A stretch of DNA of 64,000 nucleotides from an uncultured cyanobacterium (GCA_963803805.1 CAWDOD010000002.1:544001-608000); one strand, 5' to 3'; numbered from the stretch's first letter, positions 49,700 to 59,857 are shown. Translations and numbers: made by a program. Notes: generated from the letters alone by a model not told the origin.

Positions 49700-50740
49700 A
49701 TGGCTTCTAGAATTACAGAATTACGAAATCAAGGTTTAGTCACCCTAGGAATTGGCATCATTCGACTATATCAAAATACCATAAGTCGAGCAACTCCACC
49801 TCGTTGTCGTTATTTTCCTTCCTGCTCAAAATACGCCATTGAAGCGATTCAAAATTTTGGTTTAGAGACAGGGATAAAGCTGGCAAGCAAGCGTATAAGA
49901 AGATGCAAACGCCCTTACGGTGGATATGATCCAATCCCTAACCATTTAACTATTAATTCTCATTCCGGTCGAAATATCCGCAGCAATAATATTTCTCAGG
50001 AACGTTTCGATACCATTAAAGAAAATCAAAACCCCTTAGATGTAAACAACTTTGATCACCAGTTCAAATTAATATTATCTTATCCAACAAATCGAGAATT
50101 TTATTCTCAAAAAGACTTAAAATGCAAACTAGCTGAATTTCATGAATATGTTTTAGAAATTTCTCAATATGCCATACTTTATAAGGTTGATAAAGTAGAA
50201 GCAGGAATCATCAATGATCATTACTTAATTCGCTTTTCAGGAACCACTTCTTCTGCATATTTAGAAAATCAACTTGATGAAATTATTGGCTTACTAATTG
50301 CCCAACTAGAAAGCTTTTTTACCATTGTCCAAGAAAATGAATTTCAACCTTTATATTTTGAAGTAGATGGTCAAGTTTATCTTAAACCCGAAGCAAATCA
50401 ACCTTCAGTACCAAAAGAATATTCCCCTCAAGAGAACTTTTGGTTTTACACAAATTATGCCAGTGTCTGGGACGATTATTGGGGTTCTTATTTCGTTTCC
50501 CAACTCTTTGAAATCTTTTTCAATAGCCTTGAATTAGCTGCTGGTGTTACCAATGAAGTCGGTACAGATTTCATCAACCCTATAGAAGTAAATAGAATAA
50601 TAAATAGCAGTAACCAAGGAGGCAATTTTTCTGAAAATAATGGATGTGATTTAAGTGATGGTTGTGGTGATTTATTAAGTGATGGTTGTGGTGAAATTTG
50701 TAGTCAAGGTTGCGGTAGTATATTTGATGGCTGTTCTTGA
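49700..50740 (+). CDS. YidD-domain protein with long C-terminal extension and Cys-rich tail
   Basis: IRLYQNTIS...[20 protein letters not shown]...G...RIRRC...GGYDPIP (YidD signature); C-terminal GCD/DGCG repeats. Confidence 0.75.
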   Translation: MASRITELRNQGLVTLGIGIIRLYQNTISRATPPRCRYFPSCSKYAIEAIQNFGLETGIKLASKRIRRCKRPYGGYDPIPNHLTINSHSGRNIRSNNISQERFDTIKENQNPLDVNNFDHQFKLILSYPTNREFYSQKDLKCKLAEFHEYVLEISQYAILYKVDKVEAGIINDHYLIRFSGTTSSAYLENQLDEIIGLLIAQLESFFTIVQENEFQPLYFEVDGQVYLKPEANQPSVPKEYSPQENFWFYTNYASVWDDYWGSYFVSQLFEIFFNSLELAAGVTNEVGTDFINPIEVNRIINSSNQGGNFSENNGCDLSDGCGDLLSDGCGEICSQGCGSIFDGCS

Positions 50741-50762
50741 GAATAACAAAACTTTTCATTCT

Positions 50763-51701
50763 TCAGGCCTGCGGCGTAGTATTATCTCCATACTTAATCA
50801 AAAGTGCGATCGCAATACTAACAGTAAAAATAAGTACCATACTCAAAGCCGAACCAAAACCCCAATTACGGGTTGCTCCCAGAAATTGATTGTAAATTAA
50901 GCGGGAGACAGTCATACTAGAAAGTCCTCCCAAAATTTCTGGATCTACAAAGTCCCCTAAAGAAGAAATAAACACGAGTAGAGAACCGGCAAAAATACCA
51001 GGGAAAGTTTGAGGGATCGTCACCTTCCAAAAAGTTTCCGCAGGCTTTGCACCTAAGTCCGCAGAGGCTTCCAATAACTGTCTATCTAGCTTTTCAATAG
51101 AAGCATAGAGAACTAAGACCATATAGGGCAAATAACTATAAGCCATACCAATTAAAACTGCTGTTTTGCTATACCAAAATGCCACTTCTGGGATACCAAA
51201 AATACCTAAAAAGCTATTTAATACTCCTGTAGGGCGCAGAATAGTAATCCAAGCATAGGTACGCAACAATGAAGAAGTCCAAAGGGGTAAAATAAACCCC
51301 AGTAAGAGAATGTTACGCCAGCGTTTCGGAGCCATTTGTGCAATCCAATAAGCTACGGGGAAGCCTAATAATAGGCAAATAATGGTGCTGCTAATGGCGA
51401 AAAAGAGTGAGCGACCCAAAACTTTGAGATAAAGAGGATTAAGTACCTCTAAATAATTACTAATACCATCAGGACTAACTACTTGCCCTGGTCTAATACC
51501 TGATACTAAACTCAACTCAAAAATCACCAAAGTTGGTAATATTAGTAGTAAAAGCAACCAAAAACCCGCAGGGCCAAGTAAAGTTAAGATACCTAACCAT
51601 TGAGACTCAGAAGAACTCGTTTCTACGGCAACTGCTGGCTTTTGCAGTTCGTCGCTGGGTTCTAGATTAGATCGGGGGGGAAAAGTAGATTTTTTAGGCA
51701 C
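50763..51701 (-). CDS. potB: Spermidine/putrescine ABC transporter permease
   Basis: LPLWTSSLLRTYAW, YLPYMVL, EAA loop LLEASADLGA. Confidence 0.9.
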   Translation of the reverse strand: MPKKSTFPPRSNLEPSDELQKPAVAVETSSSESQWLGILTLLGPAGFWLLLLLILPTLVIFELSLVSGIRPGQVVSPDGISNYLEVLNPLYLKVLGRSLFFAISSTIICLLLGFPVAYWIAQMAPKRWRNILLLGFILPLWTSSLLRTYAWITILRPTGVLNSFLGIFGIPEVAFWYSKTAVLIGMAYSYLPYMVLVLYASIEKLDRQLLEASADLGAKPAETFWKVTIPQTFPGIFAGSLLVFISSLGDFVDPEILGGLSSMTVSRLIYNQFLGATRNWGFGSALSMVLIFTVSIAIALLIKYGDNTTPQA

Positions 51702-51802
51702 GATGTAATAAAAAATTTAGGTTTAGAAAGACTAATATTGCAATTACCCGATTTTATTTAGCTATTCACAAAACATATCATTAGAAAACCACCATAATTA
51801 AT

Positions 51803-53002
51803 TTAACCACTAGTTAATTGAGTCCAGAAGCGGTCGTAAATTTCGTTGACTTCTTCGTTTAAAGGAACTAACCCTTCACATTTTTCCAGAACAGATTCCG
51901 GGGGATAGAGAGTATAGTCGTTTTGTATTTCTTGGGGTAAAAGATTATAAGCCCCTTGACTAGGTGCAGAAAAATGTAAGCGTTGACAAATGCGGGCAGC
52001 AACTTCCGGTTTGAGCATAAAATTAATCCAAGCATAAGCAGCATCTGGATTGGGGGCGCTGCGAGGAATAACCAATGTGTCTACCCAAACAGAAGAACCG
52101 CTATCAGGAACTATGTATTCTAAATCTTCATTGACCTCAATAACTTCTGTAGCATCAGAAGAGTAACACATGGCCATGAATAAATCCCCAGAAAGAATTT
52201 GTGTTCGCCAAGCATCAGAATTCAATGAAGCAATGGTTGGTTTAAGTTCAACTAATTTCTCATATGCTTGTTTAATTTCTTGGTACTCTGTGGAGTTGTA
52301 AGAATAACCCAAAGAACTTAAGGTTGCACCCATAACTTCCCGCACATCATTAGGTAAAGTGACGCGCCTAGCAATTTCTTGGCTATTTTCCCATAAGTAA
52401 TCCCAATCTTTTGGTAATTGAGATAGTTTTGCAGGGTTGTAAACTAAACCTGTGGTTCCCCAGCTTAGTGGCACACTGTACTGATTACCTGGATCATAAG
52501 CGGGATTTTCAAAATTAGGAAATAGTTGGTCTAGCCCTTTCAGGCGAGAATGGTCTAACTTTTTCAATATTCCTAGCTCGACCATACTAATCACCATATA
52601 CTCTGAAGGATAGATGATGCTGTAGCCTCCGCCACCGCTAGCTTGGATTTTAGCTAGCATAACTTCATTGGAGTCAAAAACATCCGCTACTACTTCAATA
52701 CCTGTTTCTTGGCGAAATTGCTCTAATAACTCATCGTCTGTATAACCTGCCCAGGTATAGATATATAGCTTGTCCTTAGAACCTTGTTGAACAGGAACAA
52801 CTTCTTCTTCTGAGGGTTCAACATCATCTTCCTCTTCTTCACTAGCAGCAGGACTAACATTAGCAATTGTCCAACCGCAACTAGATAGCCATAAACTAGG
52901 AAGTGTGATCGCCGCACCCTGTAAAAATTGACGGCGACGAAGCTGTTTTAATAACCTGTGGCGATGAGTAGAAGACACTGTATACCATTTATCATTGAAC
53001 AT
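51803..53002 (-). CDS. potD: Spermidine/putrescine-binding periplasmic protein
   Basis: Tat-like RRRQFL; YTWAGY, FDSNE, YPSEY, SWGTTG, VWVDTLVIP. Confidence 0.9.
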   Translation of the reverse strand: MFNDKWYTVSSTHRHRLLKQLRRRQFLQGAAITLPSLWLSSCGWTIANVSPAASEEEEDDVEPSEEEVVPVQQGSKDKLYIYTWAGYTDDELLEQFRQETGIEVVADVFDSNEVMLAKIQASGGGGYSIIYPSEYMVISMVELGILKKLDHSRLKGLDQLFPNFENPAYDPGNQYSVPLSWGTTGLVYNPAKLSQLPKDWDYLWENSQEIARRVTLPNDVREVMGATLSSLGYSYNSTEYQEIKQAYEKLVELKPTIASLNSDAWRTQILSGDLFMAMCYSSDATEVIEVNEDLEYIVPDSGSSVWVDTLVIPRSAPNPDAAYAWINFMLKPEVAARICQRLHFSAPSQGAYNLLPQEIQNDYTLYPPESVLEKCEGLVPLNEEVNEIYDRFWTQLTSG

Positions 53003-53013
53003 TGAACATTTTA

Positions 53014-53055
53014 GCCTTCGGCAGCGGCAAGCCGTACATTGTAGGGTTTACCCTT
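53014..53055 (+). repeat. Small dispersed repeat, copy 5 (plus adjacent variant)
   Basis: GCCTTCGGCAGCGGCAAGCCGTACATT then GTAGGGTTTACCCTT; preceded by CATTGAA heptamers. Confidence 0.6.
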
Positions 53056-53076
53056 GTCGAAGAAATCATTCATAAA

Positions 53077-54219
53077 TCACCAATCTCCTAAAGCTAGACA
53101 ATCCCTCGCAGACCAGTGAACATAAACAGGAGTATCAGCTTCTGGTAAACTACTAACTGACATATTCGGCTGCATTACTGTCAAAGAATCTCCTGTAACC
53201 AATTCCACTACATAATGGACATGAGTTCCCAAATACATAACGTGTTTCAAGCGTCCTTCTAAACAATTATGTTCTCCGGTAGGAGGTTCTAGGCTCAATT
53301 TAATTTTTTCTGGGCGGATGCTAACAATAACTTTTTTGTGCAAAGAAGAACGATCCTGTTCTTCTGTATCTGGTAATTGAACGATCAGTTCTAAGCCACG
53401 ATTAGTAATAATTCTGCCAAAAGAAGCATCACTAGCTTCAATAAAACCTTCAAATAAATTAGTATCTCCAATAAAATCAGCTACAAAGGGAGTACGAGGG
53501 CGTTCATAAACTTCGGTAGGATGACCAATTTGTTCAATTTTACCTGAGCGCATTACAGCGATACGATCAGATAAAGAAAGAGCTTCTTCTTGATCGTGAG
53601 TAACCATCACAAAAGTAAGTCTCAACTCCTGATGCAAGCGGGAAAGTTCTACCTGCATTTCTTTACGTAACTTTAAATCTAAAGCCCCTAAAGGTTCATC
53701 CAGGAGAAGTACCGCAGGACGGTTAACCAAAGCCCTAGCTAAAGCAACCCTTTGTTGTTGTCCTCCCGATAACTGACTAGGAAAACGATTGGCATAGGAT
53801 TCCATCTGCACACTAGCCAAAGCTTCCTTAACACCATTTTCCACCTCTAACTTGCCCAATCTTTTAACTTTTAGTCCAAAGGCAACATTTTCTGCCACAG
53901 TTAAATGGTTAAATAGGGCGTAACTCTGGAACACCGTATTCACAGGGCGGCGATAGGGAGGGGCGTTATTCATCAACTGATTTTGAATAAACACCTTACC
54001 TGCACTCAAGGTTTCAAAGCCAGCGATTAAACGCAGAACAGTGGTTTTACCACATCCTGAAGGGCCTAAAATGCTGAAGAATTCTCCTTTACGGACACTG
54101 AGGTTAACTCCGCCCACAGCAGTTTCGCCATCAAAGACTTTAAAAGCTTGGCGTAGTTCAACATCTATAATGGCTGAGCTATCTGTTGAGCGTTGTTCCC
54201 TAGAAGAAGTTTGCAGCAT
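53077..54219 (-). CDS. potA: Spermidine/putrescine ABC transporter ATP-binding protein
   Basis: GPSGCGKTT, NTVFQSYALF, LSGGQQQRVALARAL, DEPLGALD, TOBE tail. Confidence 0.93.
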   Translation of the reverse strand: MLQTSSREQRSTDSSAIIDVELRQAFKVFDGETAVGGVNLSVRKGEFFSILGPSGCGKTTVLRLIAGFETLSAGKVFIQNQLMNNAPPYRRPVNTVFQSYALFNHLTVAENVAFGLKVKRLGKLEVENGVKEALASVQMESYANRFPSQLSGGQQQRVALARALVNRPAVLLLDEPLGALDLKLRKEMQVELSRLHQELRLTFVMVTHDQEEALSLSDRIAVMRSGKIEQIGHPTEVYERPRTPFVADFIGDTNLFEGFIEASDASFGRIITNRGLELIVQLPDTEEQDRSSLHKKVIVSIRPEKIKLSLEPPTGEHNCLEGRLKHVMYLGTHVHYVVELVTGDSLTVMQPNMSVSSLPEADTPVYVHWSARDCLALGDW

Positions 54220-54322
54220 AGATATTAAAAATATGACGTGTCAAAATATAACAACTGTGGCAATGGGCAAATTTTAGCTCAGACGCAAGCAAAATATCAT
54301 GCCCATATTTGGATAAAGGTTC

Positions 54323-54427
54323 AGGACTTACGCAGTAAGACGATACGGAGAGGCTTGCGCGTTCGTATAAACGTCTCCGTCAGGCTATAGTTAATAGAGG
54401 TTTTTATAAGCTAAGTGCATAAGTCCT
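54323..54427. mobile_element. MITE-like element
   Basis: Terminal IRs AGGACTTACGCA and TGCATAAGTCCT (11/12 complementary); internal ACGGAGA...TCTCCGT hairpin; no ORF. Confidence 0.65.
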
Positions 54428-54784
54428 AGAGTTTCGCTTACAATGATACTTCTTATGTCCCTATTAAAGCTCCTTTAACTCTTTTACCGTTTTACTAAAA
54501 TTATTCCTTGGTGCTGCCTAAATTTCATTATTTGTACCAGTGAAACCAGAAAATCTTTACTTTTTATAGTTTTAGTCCAGAATAAAGTTGATAACTGAAC
54601 GAAAAAATTTTCAAGCTAAACTTAAGGGTGTATTTTAACAATTTAGGTGGGCAGACTCGTCCTGAAGATGGCAATATCAGTAAGAAGAAGTATTAAGCTT
54701 CCTACTTGAGCTTTGTTCTAGTTAACTTAACTATTTAAAACCAACTAACTACAAACCCAAAATACAACCATAGCCTGTTCCCCA

Positions 54785-56587
54785 ATGACTATTATTCAGC
54801 CAGGTCCTAATCTTCGACGGCGACAGATCCCTCGCACTGGTGGTCGTCGCTATCAGTCTATTTTTATTATGAGTCTAATTACCCTCTTTTTGTTGGGGGG
54901 AATTGGTTCTCGTCTAGCTTACCTACAGCTAGTGCAAGGGCAAGAAAATCGCGAAAAGGCAGAAAATAACCGAGTTCGCCTCCTCCCAAAACCACCGATA
55001 CGGGGAACAATTTTTGATCGCAAAGGGGATGTTTTAGTAACTAGTCGTTTGTCCCATTCCGTTTTTATCTGGCCTTTAGCTAGTCAGAAACCTTACTGGG
55101 ATACCACAGTTAAAACCTTATCAGACGTTTTGGGTATTCCAGAAGCAGAAATTCGTCAAAAAGTGGAACAAGCGGGCTATGACTCTCCTACGTTAGTAAG
55201 GATTCAACGAGGTCTTAATAAAGCTCAAATTACCGCCTTTGAAGAATTAGAACCCCAACTTAAAGGCGCTAGCCTCGATATTGACCCTGTACGCCATTAT
55301 CCCCACAAAGAACTAGGTTCTCATATTTTGGGTTATACAGGGGAACTTAATGCCGAAGAGTTAAAAGAAAGTAAGCGAGAAGGCTACATCATGGGAGATG
55401 TGGTCGGTAAAATGGGTGTAGAAGCCGGTTTGGAACCCTTACTTCGGGGTGAATGGGGTGGCCAGCAGGTAGAAGTTAACGGTGCTGGTAAAGTAATGAG
55501 AGTTTTAGGAGAAAAAGAGGCAGAAGCTGGTGGAGATGTTACCTTAACCATTGACCTTGACCTTCAAAAAACTGCTGGTGCAGCTTTGGGCAACCGCAAA
55601 GGTGCTATTGTAGCCCTTGATCCTAGAAATGGGGAAGTTCTGGCGATGGTGAGTAATCCAGGCTTCGATCCCAACATTTTCTCGACGCGAGTTACCCCTG
55701 ATGTTTGGAAAGAATTGCAAGGAAGAGATCACCCCTTTGTTAACCGTGCTTTAAGAGGATTTCCCCCCGCTTCTACTTTTAAGATTGTTACAGCAGTAGC
55801 TGGTATGGAAACGGGTAAATTTTCTCCAGATACTGTCTTGCCAACCTATGCCTATCTCCGAGTGGGAGGAACTAGTTTTGGGGAATGGAACCGGGCTGGA
55901 TTTGGTCCGATGGGCTTTGTTAAAGCCTTAGCTTGGAGTAGTAATACCTTTTTTGGTCAAATTGGTAAAGGTGTAGGTGGACCGGCTTTAATTGATTGGT
56001 CGCGGCGTTTCGGTTTTGGTTCTGCTACAGGTATTGAATTACCAGGAGAAGCAGCCGGGTTAATCGCTGATAATGAATGGAAAAAGGATAATTTCGATGG
56101 TTGGGAATGGCACGTCGGCGACACAGTAAATATGTCCATTGGTCAGGGTTTCACCCAAGCGACTCCTTTACAAGTAGCAGTAATGTTTGCTGTACCAGCA
56201 AATAGCGGTTATAAAGTTACTCCTCACTTACTCAAAAATAATGGTAAGCCCGATGAGGAATGGCGTAAGTCCCTGGATTTAGATCCAGAAACAGTTAAGA
56301 CTGTTCGGGAAGGACTACGAGAGGTGGTTAGTAGCGGCACAGGAAGGGCAGCCCAAAGCGAAGGAATGCCCCCAGTTGCTGGGAAAAGCGGTACAGCAGA
56401 AGCCCCTCCAGGAGAAGCCCATGCTTGGTTCGGTGCATTTGCTCCCTACGATAAGCCAGAGATTGTTGTAGTCGCTTTTGCTGAACATTCTGGCGGCGGC
56501 GGTGGTTCAGTGGCTGCACCGATGGTTAACCAAGTTCTAAGAACTTATTTTAAGGTTAAGGATAAGAAGGAGAAGGAAAGTAAGTAA
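54785..56587 (+). CDS. mrdA: Penicillin-binding protein 2
   Basis: RGTIFDRKG, RHYP, GKMGVE; SxxK in PASTFK, SxN in SSN, KSGTAE. Confidence 0.93.
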   Translation: MTIIQPGPNLRRRQIPRTGGRRYQSIFIMSLITLFLLGGIGSRLAYLQLVQGQENREKAENNRVRLLPKPPIRGTIFDRKGDVLVTSRLSHSVFIWPLASQKPYWDTTVKTLSDVLGIPEAEIRQKVEQAGYDSPTLVRIQRGLNKAQITAFEELEPQLKGASLDIDPVRHYPHKELGSHILGYTGELNAEELKESKREGYIMGDVVGKMGVEAGLEPLLRGEWGGQQVEVNGAGKVMRVLGEKEAEAGGDVTLTIDLDLQKTAGAALGNRKGAIVALDPRNGEVLAMVSNPGFDPNIFSTRVTPDVWKELQGRDHPFVNRALRGFPPASTFKIVTAVAGMETGKFSPDTVLPTYAYLRVGGTSFGEWNRAGFGPMGFVKALAWSSNTFFGQIGKGVGGPALIDWSRRFGFGSATGIELPGEAAGLIADNEWKKDNFDGWEWHVGDTVNMSIGQGFTQATPLQVAVMFAVPANSGYKVTPHLLKNNGKPDEEWRKSLDLDPETVKTVREGLREVVSSGTGRAAQSEGMPPVAGKSGTAEAPPGEAHAWFGAFAPYDKPEIVVVAFAEHSGGGGGSVAAPMVNQVLRTYFKVKDKKEKESK

Positions 56588-56602
56588 TGAGTAATTAGCA
56601 AT

Positions 56603-56691
56603 TAGACATCTCCGGAAATAAAAAACGAAATCAATTCTTATACCGAAATCACAAATTATTCTTACTATTCCCTCTTTTCCGGAGATGATTA
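56603..56691. mobile_element. MITE-like inverted-repeat element
   Basis: CATCTCCGGAAA (56607-56618) and TTTCCGGAGATG (56676-56687) form a perfect 12-bp IR, flanked by TA. Confidence 0.55.
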
Positions 56692-56772
56692 TTAGCCCTT
56701 CTTTTCTTTGCTAAATACTGTTGGTGATAATCTTCTGCCAAATAAAACTTGGTAGCCGGTTTTATTTCTGTA

Positions 56773-57785
56773 ACGTGAGTTCGACGGAGAAAAAGAGAGA
56801 AAAGAAAAGCATCAGAGGTATGCTGAAAATGAATCGTAATCAGTTTCTGATGCTATGTCTAATATTGTATCCCGTCTCGATATCACCCAAATATTTTGTC
56901 AAGTAGATGACTTTTATCAGAAGTTTGAGAGGCATTGGCAACAACAGCCAATGTTGACATCAACTTGTGGAGAACGTCTATGTCGCTCCCGCCTAAGCTT
57001 GAGTGAAGTGATGACAATTGTCATAGCCTTTCATGGTTCAGGATTCAGAACGTTTAAAGAATTTTACACCCTGCAAGTATTACCCTACTGGAAAAAAGCT
57101 TTTCCCAATTTGGTCAGCTACAATCGATTTGTGGAGCTAATGCCGTGGTGCTTGATGCTTCTATGCTGCTTTCTTCATACTCTTCGAGGGGAAATTACTG
57201 GTATCAGTTTTATTGATTCAACCCCCATTGAAGTCTGTCACCCAAATCGCTCCAAAAGTCACAAAGTTTTTGAAGGTTTGGTGGGTTGGGGCAAAAATTC
57301 GATGGGATGGCACTATGGCTTCAAGCTACATCTGATTATTAATGATAAAGGTGAGTTGCTCGCTTTCAAACTTACAGAGGGTAATACTGATGACCGTAAT
57401 CCTGTGCCAGATATGGCTGATGGCTTGATTGGCAAGTTATTTGGCGACCGTGGTTACATTTCTCAGGACTTGTTTGAGCAGCTTTACGAGCAAAAGCTAC
57501 AACTGATTACACATCGTAAGAAGAATATGAAACCAAAGTTAATGCGCCTCCAAGATAAGATTCTACTGCGTAAGCGTTCTTTGATTGAAACCGTTAATGA
57601 TCAGCTTAAGAATATCTGTCAGATTCAGCATTCAAGACACCGCAGTGTTTGGAATTTTCTGGTTAATCTTTTAGCTGGTCTAATCGCTTATACTTTCTTA
57701 CCTAAAAAGCCTTCCCTTGATCTCTGAACCAAAAGGCTTAGCTGAACTACCTTCTGCTGTTTTTTAACTTTCGTCGAACTCACGT
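56773..57785 (+). mobile_element. IS982-family insertion sequence (1013 bp)
   Basis: 14-bp perfect IR ACGTGAGTTCGACG / CGTCGAACTCACGT; target duplication TCTGTA at 56767-56772 and 57786-57791 (or 8 bp TTCTGTAA if the IR is drawn 1 bp shorter). Confidence 0.93.
56855..57727 (+). CDS. IS982-family transposase
   Basis: IFCQVDDF, SYNRFVEL, FIDSTP, YGFKLHL, LFGDRGY, RKRSLIETVNDQLKN. Confidence 0.95.
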   Translation: MSNIVSRLDITQIFCQVDDFYQKFERHWQQQPMLTSTCGERLCRSRLSLSEVMTIVIAFHGSGFRTFKEFYTLQVLPYWKKAFPNLVSYNRFVELMPWCLMLLCCFLHTLRGEITGISFIDSTPIEVCHPNRSKSHKVFEGLVGWGKNSMGWHYGFKLHLIINDKGELLAFKLTEGNTDDRNPVPDMADGLIGKLFGDRGYISQDLFEQLYEQKLQLITHRKKNMKPKLMRLQDKILLRKRSLIETVNDQLKNICQIQHSRHRSVWNFLVNLLAGLIAYTFLPKKPSLDL

Positions 57786-58496
57786 TCTGTAACAATTTTA
57801 TTTTCATATCTGCCAGACTTTTCAAGCTTTGCTTTAGAGGTTCTGGCAGTTACTTCTTGTGCTTGATTGTGATAGAAGATAGCTGAACGGTATTGTTCTC
57901 CTCGATCTGCCCTGGCGGTTTAAGGTAGTGGGATCGTGAATTTGCCAAAAAATATCGAGTAATTCTGTATAGTTAATTTCTTGGGGATTGTATTCTATTT
58001 CTACAGCTTCTGCATGACCCGTAATTCTGGCACAAACATCAAGATAAATAGGATTTTCAAAATGCCCTCCGGTGTAGCCAACGATAGTTGAAATAACTCC
58101 TTTAACTTGGCTAAATTTATCTTCAATGCCCCAAAAACAGCCTGCGGCAAAGGTGGCTTTTTCCATCAAAATTTTTACCTTAAATTCAAACTCTAATTAA
58201 CACGCCTTGATCATAATACTCATTCACAGCTATGTTAGAATTTCATGACATTTTGATCCCTCGCAACCTTGAAAATTCGTTATTGGAGTCAAAATCCAGT
58301 AATAACAGGCGATCTCCTTAGTCAAAGTTCTGTTACATTTTTAAATATATAAGCGATCCCCGCGATCCCAAATCAAGAAGTTAGATTATCAAAATTTTAT
58401 TTGGTAGTGACAAAAAAACACTAGCTTCAAAAGATGAAGTAACTAAATTCTAGAAGCAGGGGATTAGCCGGATACGCTGAATAGGAGATCGAACTC

Positions 58497-59729
58497 ATGG
58501 CAAAAGAACGTCCACCTTTAGAAGAAATGACGCTAAGGCAGCTTCGTAGAGTTGCCAGTGAATATAACGTGAGTCGCTACAGCCGGATGCGTAAAGCCCA
58601 GCTACTCGCTGAATTACAAAAAAGAGAAAGCGAAAAATTTTCTCGCAGTCCATCTATAATATCGGAGGCACAAGTGGAAGCATCTAAATTTGAACTAGGT
58701 CAAGAAGATCCGACTGGCGGAACCTTAGCGTCCGTAGATGAGGGACTTAACGAACTTCCCGATGGCTATGGTGCAAGCAGAATTGTTTTAATGCCTCGCG
58801 ATCCCCAATGGTGCTATACCTACTGGGATATTCCTGGAGAACATAAAGAAGAATTGCGCCGCCAAGGGGGGCAACAACTTACTCTAAGACTTTACGACGT
58901 TACTGATATCAACTTAGACTCTCAAAGCCCCCACAGCTTACAAGAATTTCCCTGTGATGAACTAGCCAGAGAATGGTATTTACCTATGCCGGTTAGTGAT
59001 CGCGACTATGCAGTAGATATTGGTTATCGTTGTGCAGATGGGCGTTGGTTAGTCTTAGCCCGTTCTGCGGTAGTACGTGTACCACCGGTTTATCCTTCTG
59101 ATTGGATAGAAGACCAGTTTGTAACTGTAGATTGGGAAGAAGATTTACGGGGTAAAACAGTCTTTGAACTTGTTCCCCCCAGCAAAAGTGCTGCGGCCGC
59201 TGGTATGGTAGGTGGTATTGCTGCTGATAACCCCATTTATGACGAAATTTTCGGTATGGCTGAGTCCACCGAAGCTCAAAGGGTTGCAGGTTCCCTTTAT
59301 GGTTCTATGCAACAGGTTCCTGTCCATGAAGAAGCTATTAGTTCTTACGTCTTCCCCTCTGGAGTGGGAATGTGGGCTTCTGGGAATATGTCCGGTGTCG
59401 GTATGACTATGTCTGGGGCAGGTTTCTCAGCTTCTGCGCCTCCTATTCGTCCTCGCAAGTTCTGGCTGGTAGCGGATGCAGAGTTAATTGTCTATGGGGC
59501 AACGGAACCTGATGCTACAGTTACAATTGGTGGTCGTCCTATTAAGCTCAGTCCTGATGGTACTTTCCGCTTCCAAATGTCTTTCCAGGATGGCTTAATC
59601 GATTATCCTATCAAGGCAGTAGCTGTTGATGGTGAACAAACTCGTTCCATTCAAATGAAGTTCAACCGCGAAACTCCTTCTCGAAATACCAATACTAAAG
59701 AAGAAGCCGTAGAAGAGTGGTTTGCTTAA
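58497..59729 (+). CDS. DUF4912 protein with N-terminal Rho-N-like domain
   Basis: MTLRQLR..A...YSRMRK..L; LMPRDPQW.Y.YWD; RLYDVT; ELIVYGATEP; AGGAG RBS. Confidence 0.88.
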   Translation: MAKERPPLEEMTLRQLRRVASEYNVSRYSRMRKAQLLAELQKRESEKFSRSPSIISEAQVEASKFELGQEDPTGGTLASVDEGLNELPDGYGASRIVLMPRDPQWCYTYWDIPGEHKEELRRQGGQQLTLRLYDVTDINLDSQSPHSLQEFPCDELAREWYLPMPVSDRDYAVDIGYRCADGRWLVLARSAVVRVPPVYPSDWIEDQFVTVDWEEDLRGKTVFELVPPSKSAAAAGMVGGIAADNPIYDEIFGMAESTEAQRVAGSLYGSMQQVPVHEEAISSYVFPSGVGMWASGNMSGVGMTMSGAGFSASAPPIRPRKFWLVADAELIVYGATEPDATVTIGGRPIKLSPDGTFRFQMSFQDGLIDYPIKAVAVDGEQTRSIQMKFNRETPSRNTNTKEEAVEEWFA

Positions 59730-59822
59730 ATAACAAAGAGTGGGTAGTAGGGGAAAGAAAACTTTGTAATTCTTTTCTTTGCCAAACAAGAACTTAAAAA
59801 TCAGACCACAACTTCTTAACAG

Positions 59823-59857
59823 ATATCCCCAGCATTAATGCTGGGGATATTTTTTTT
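59823..59857. terminator. Stem-loop terminator between convergent genes
   Basis: ATATCCCCAGCATT/AATGCTGGGGATAT perfect palindrome followed by a T run. Confidence 0.8.

Larger units (their letters stand above)
56649..58169 (-). pseudogene. msrA: Peptide methionine sulfoxide reductase A interrupted by IS982
   Basis: GCFWG, GYTGG, TGHAE, HDPT.LNRQG; after a 1-nt shift near 57911 QYRSAIFYH...KIVTE; resumes beyond the IS as IKPATKFYLAEDYHQQYL (56649-56772). Confidence 0.9.
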
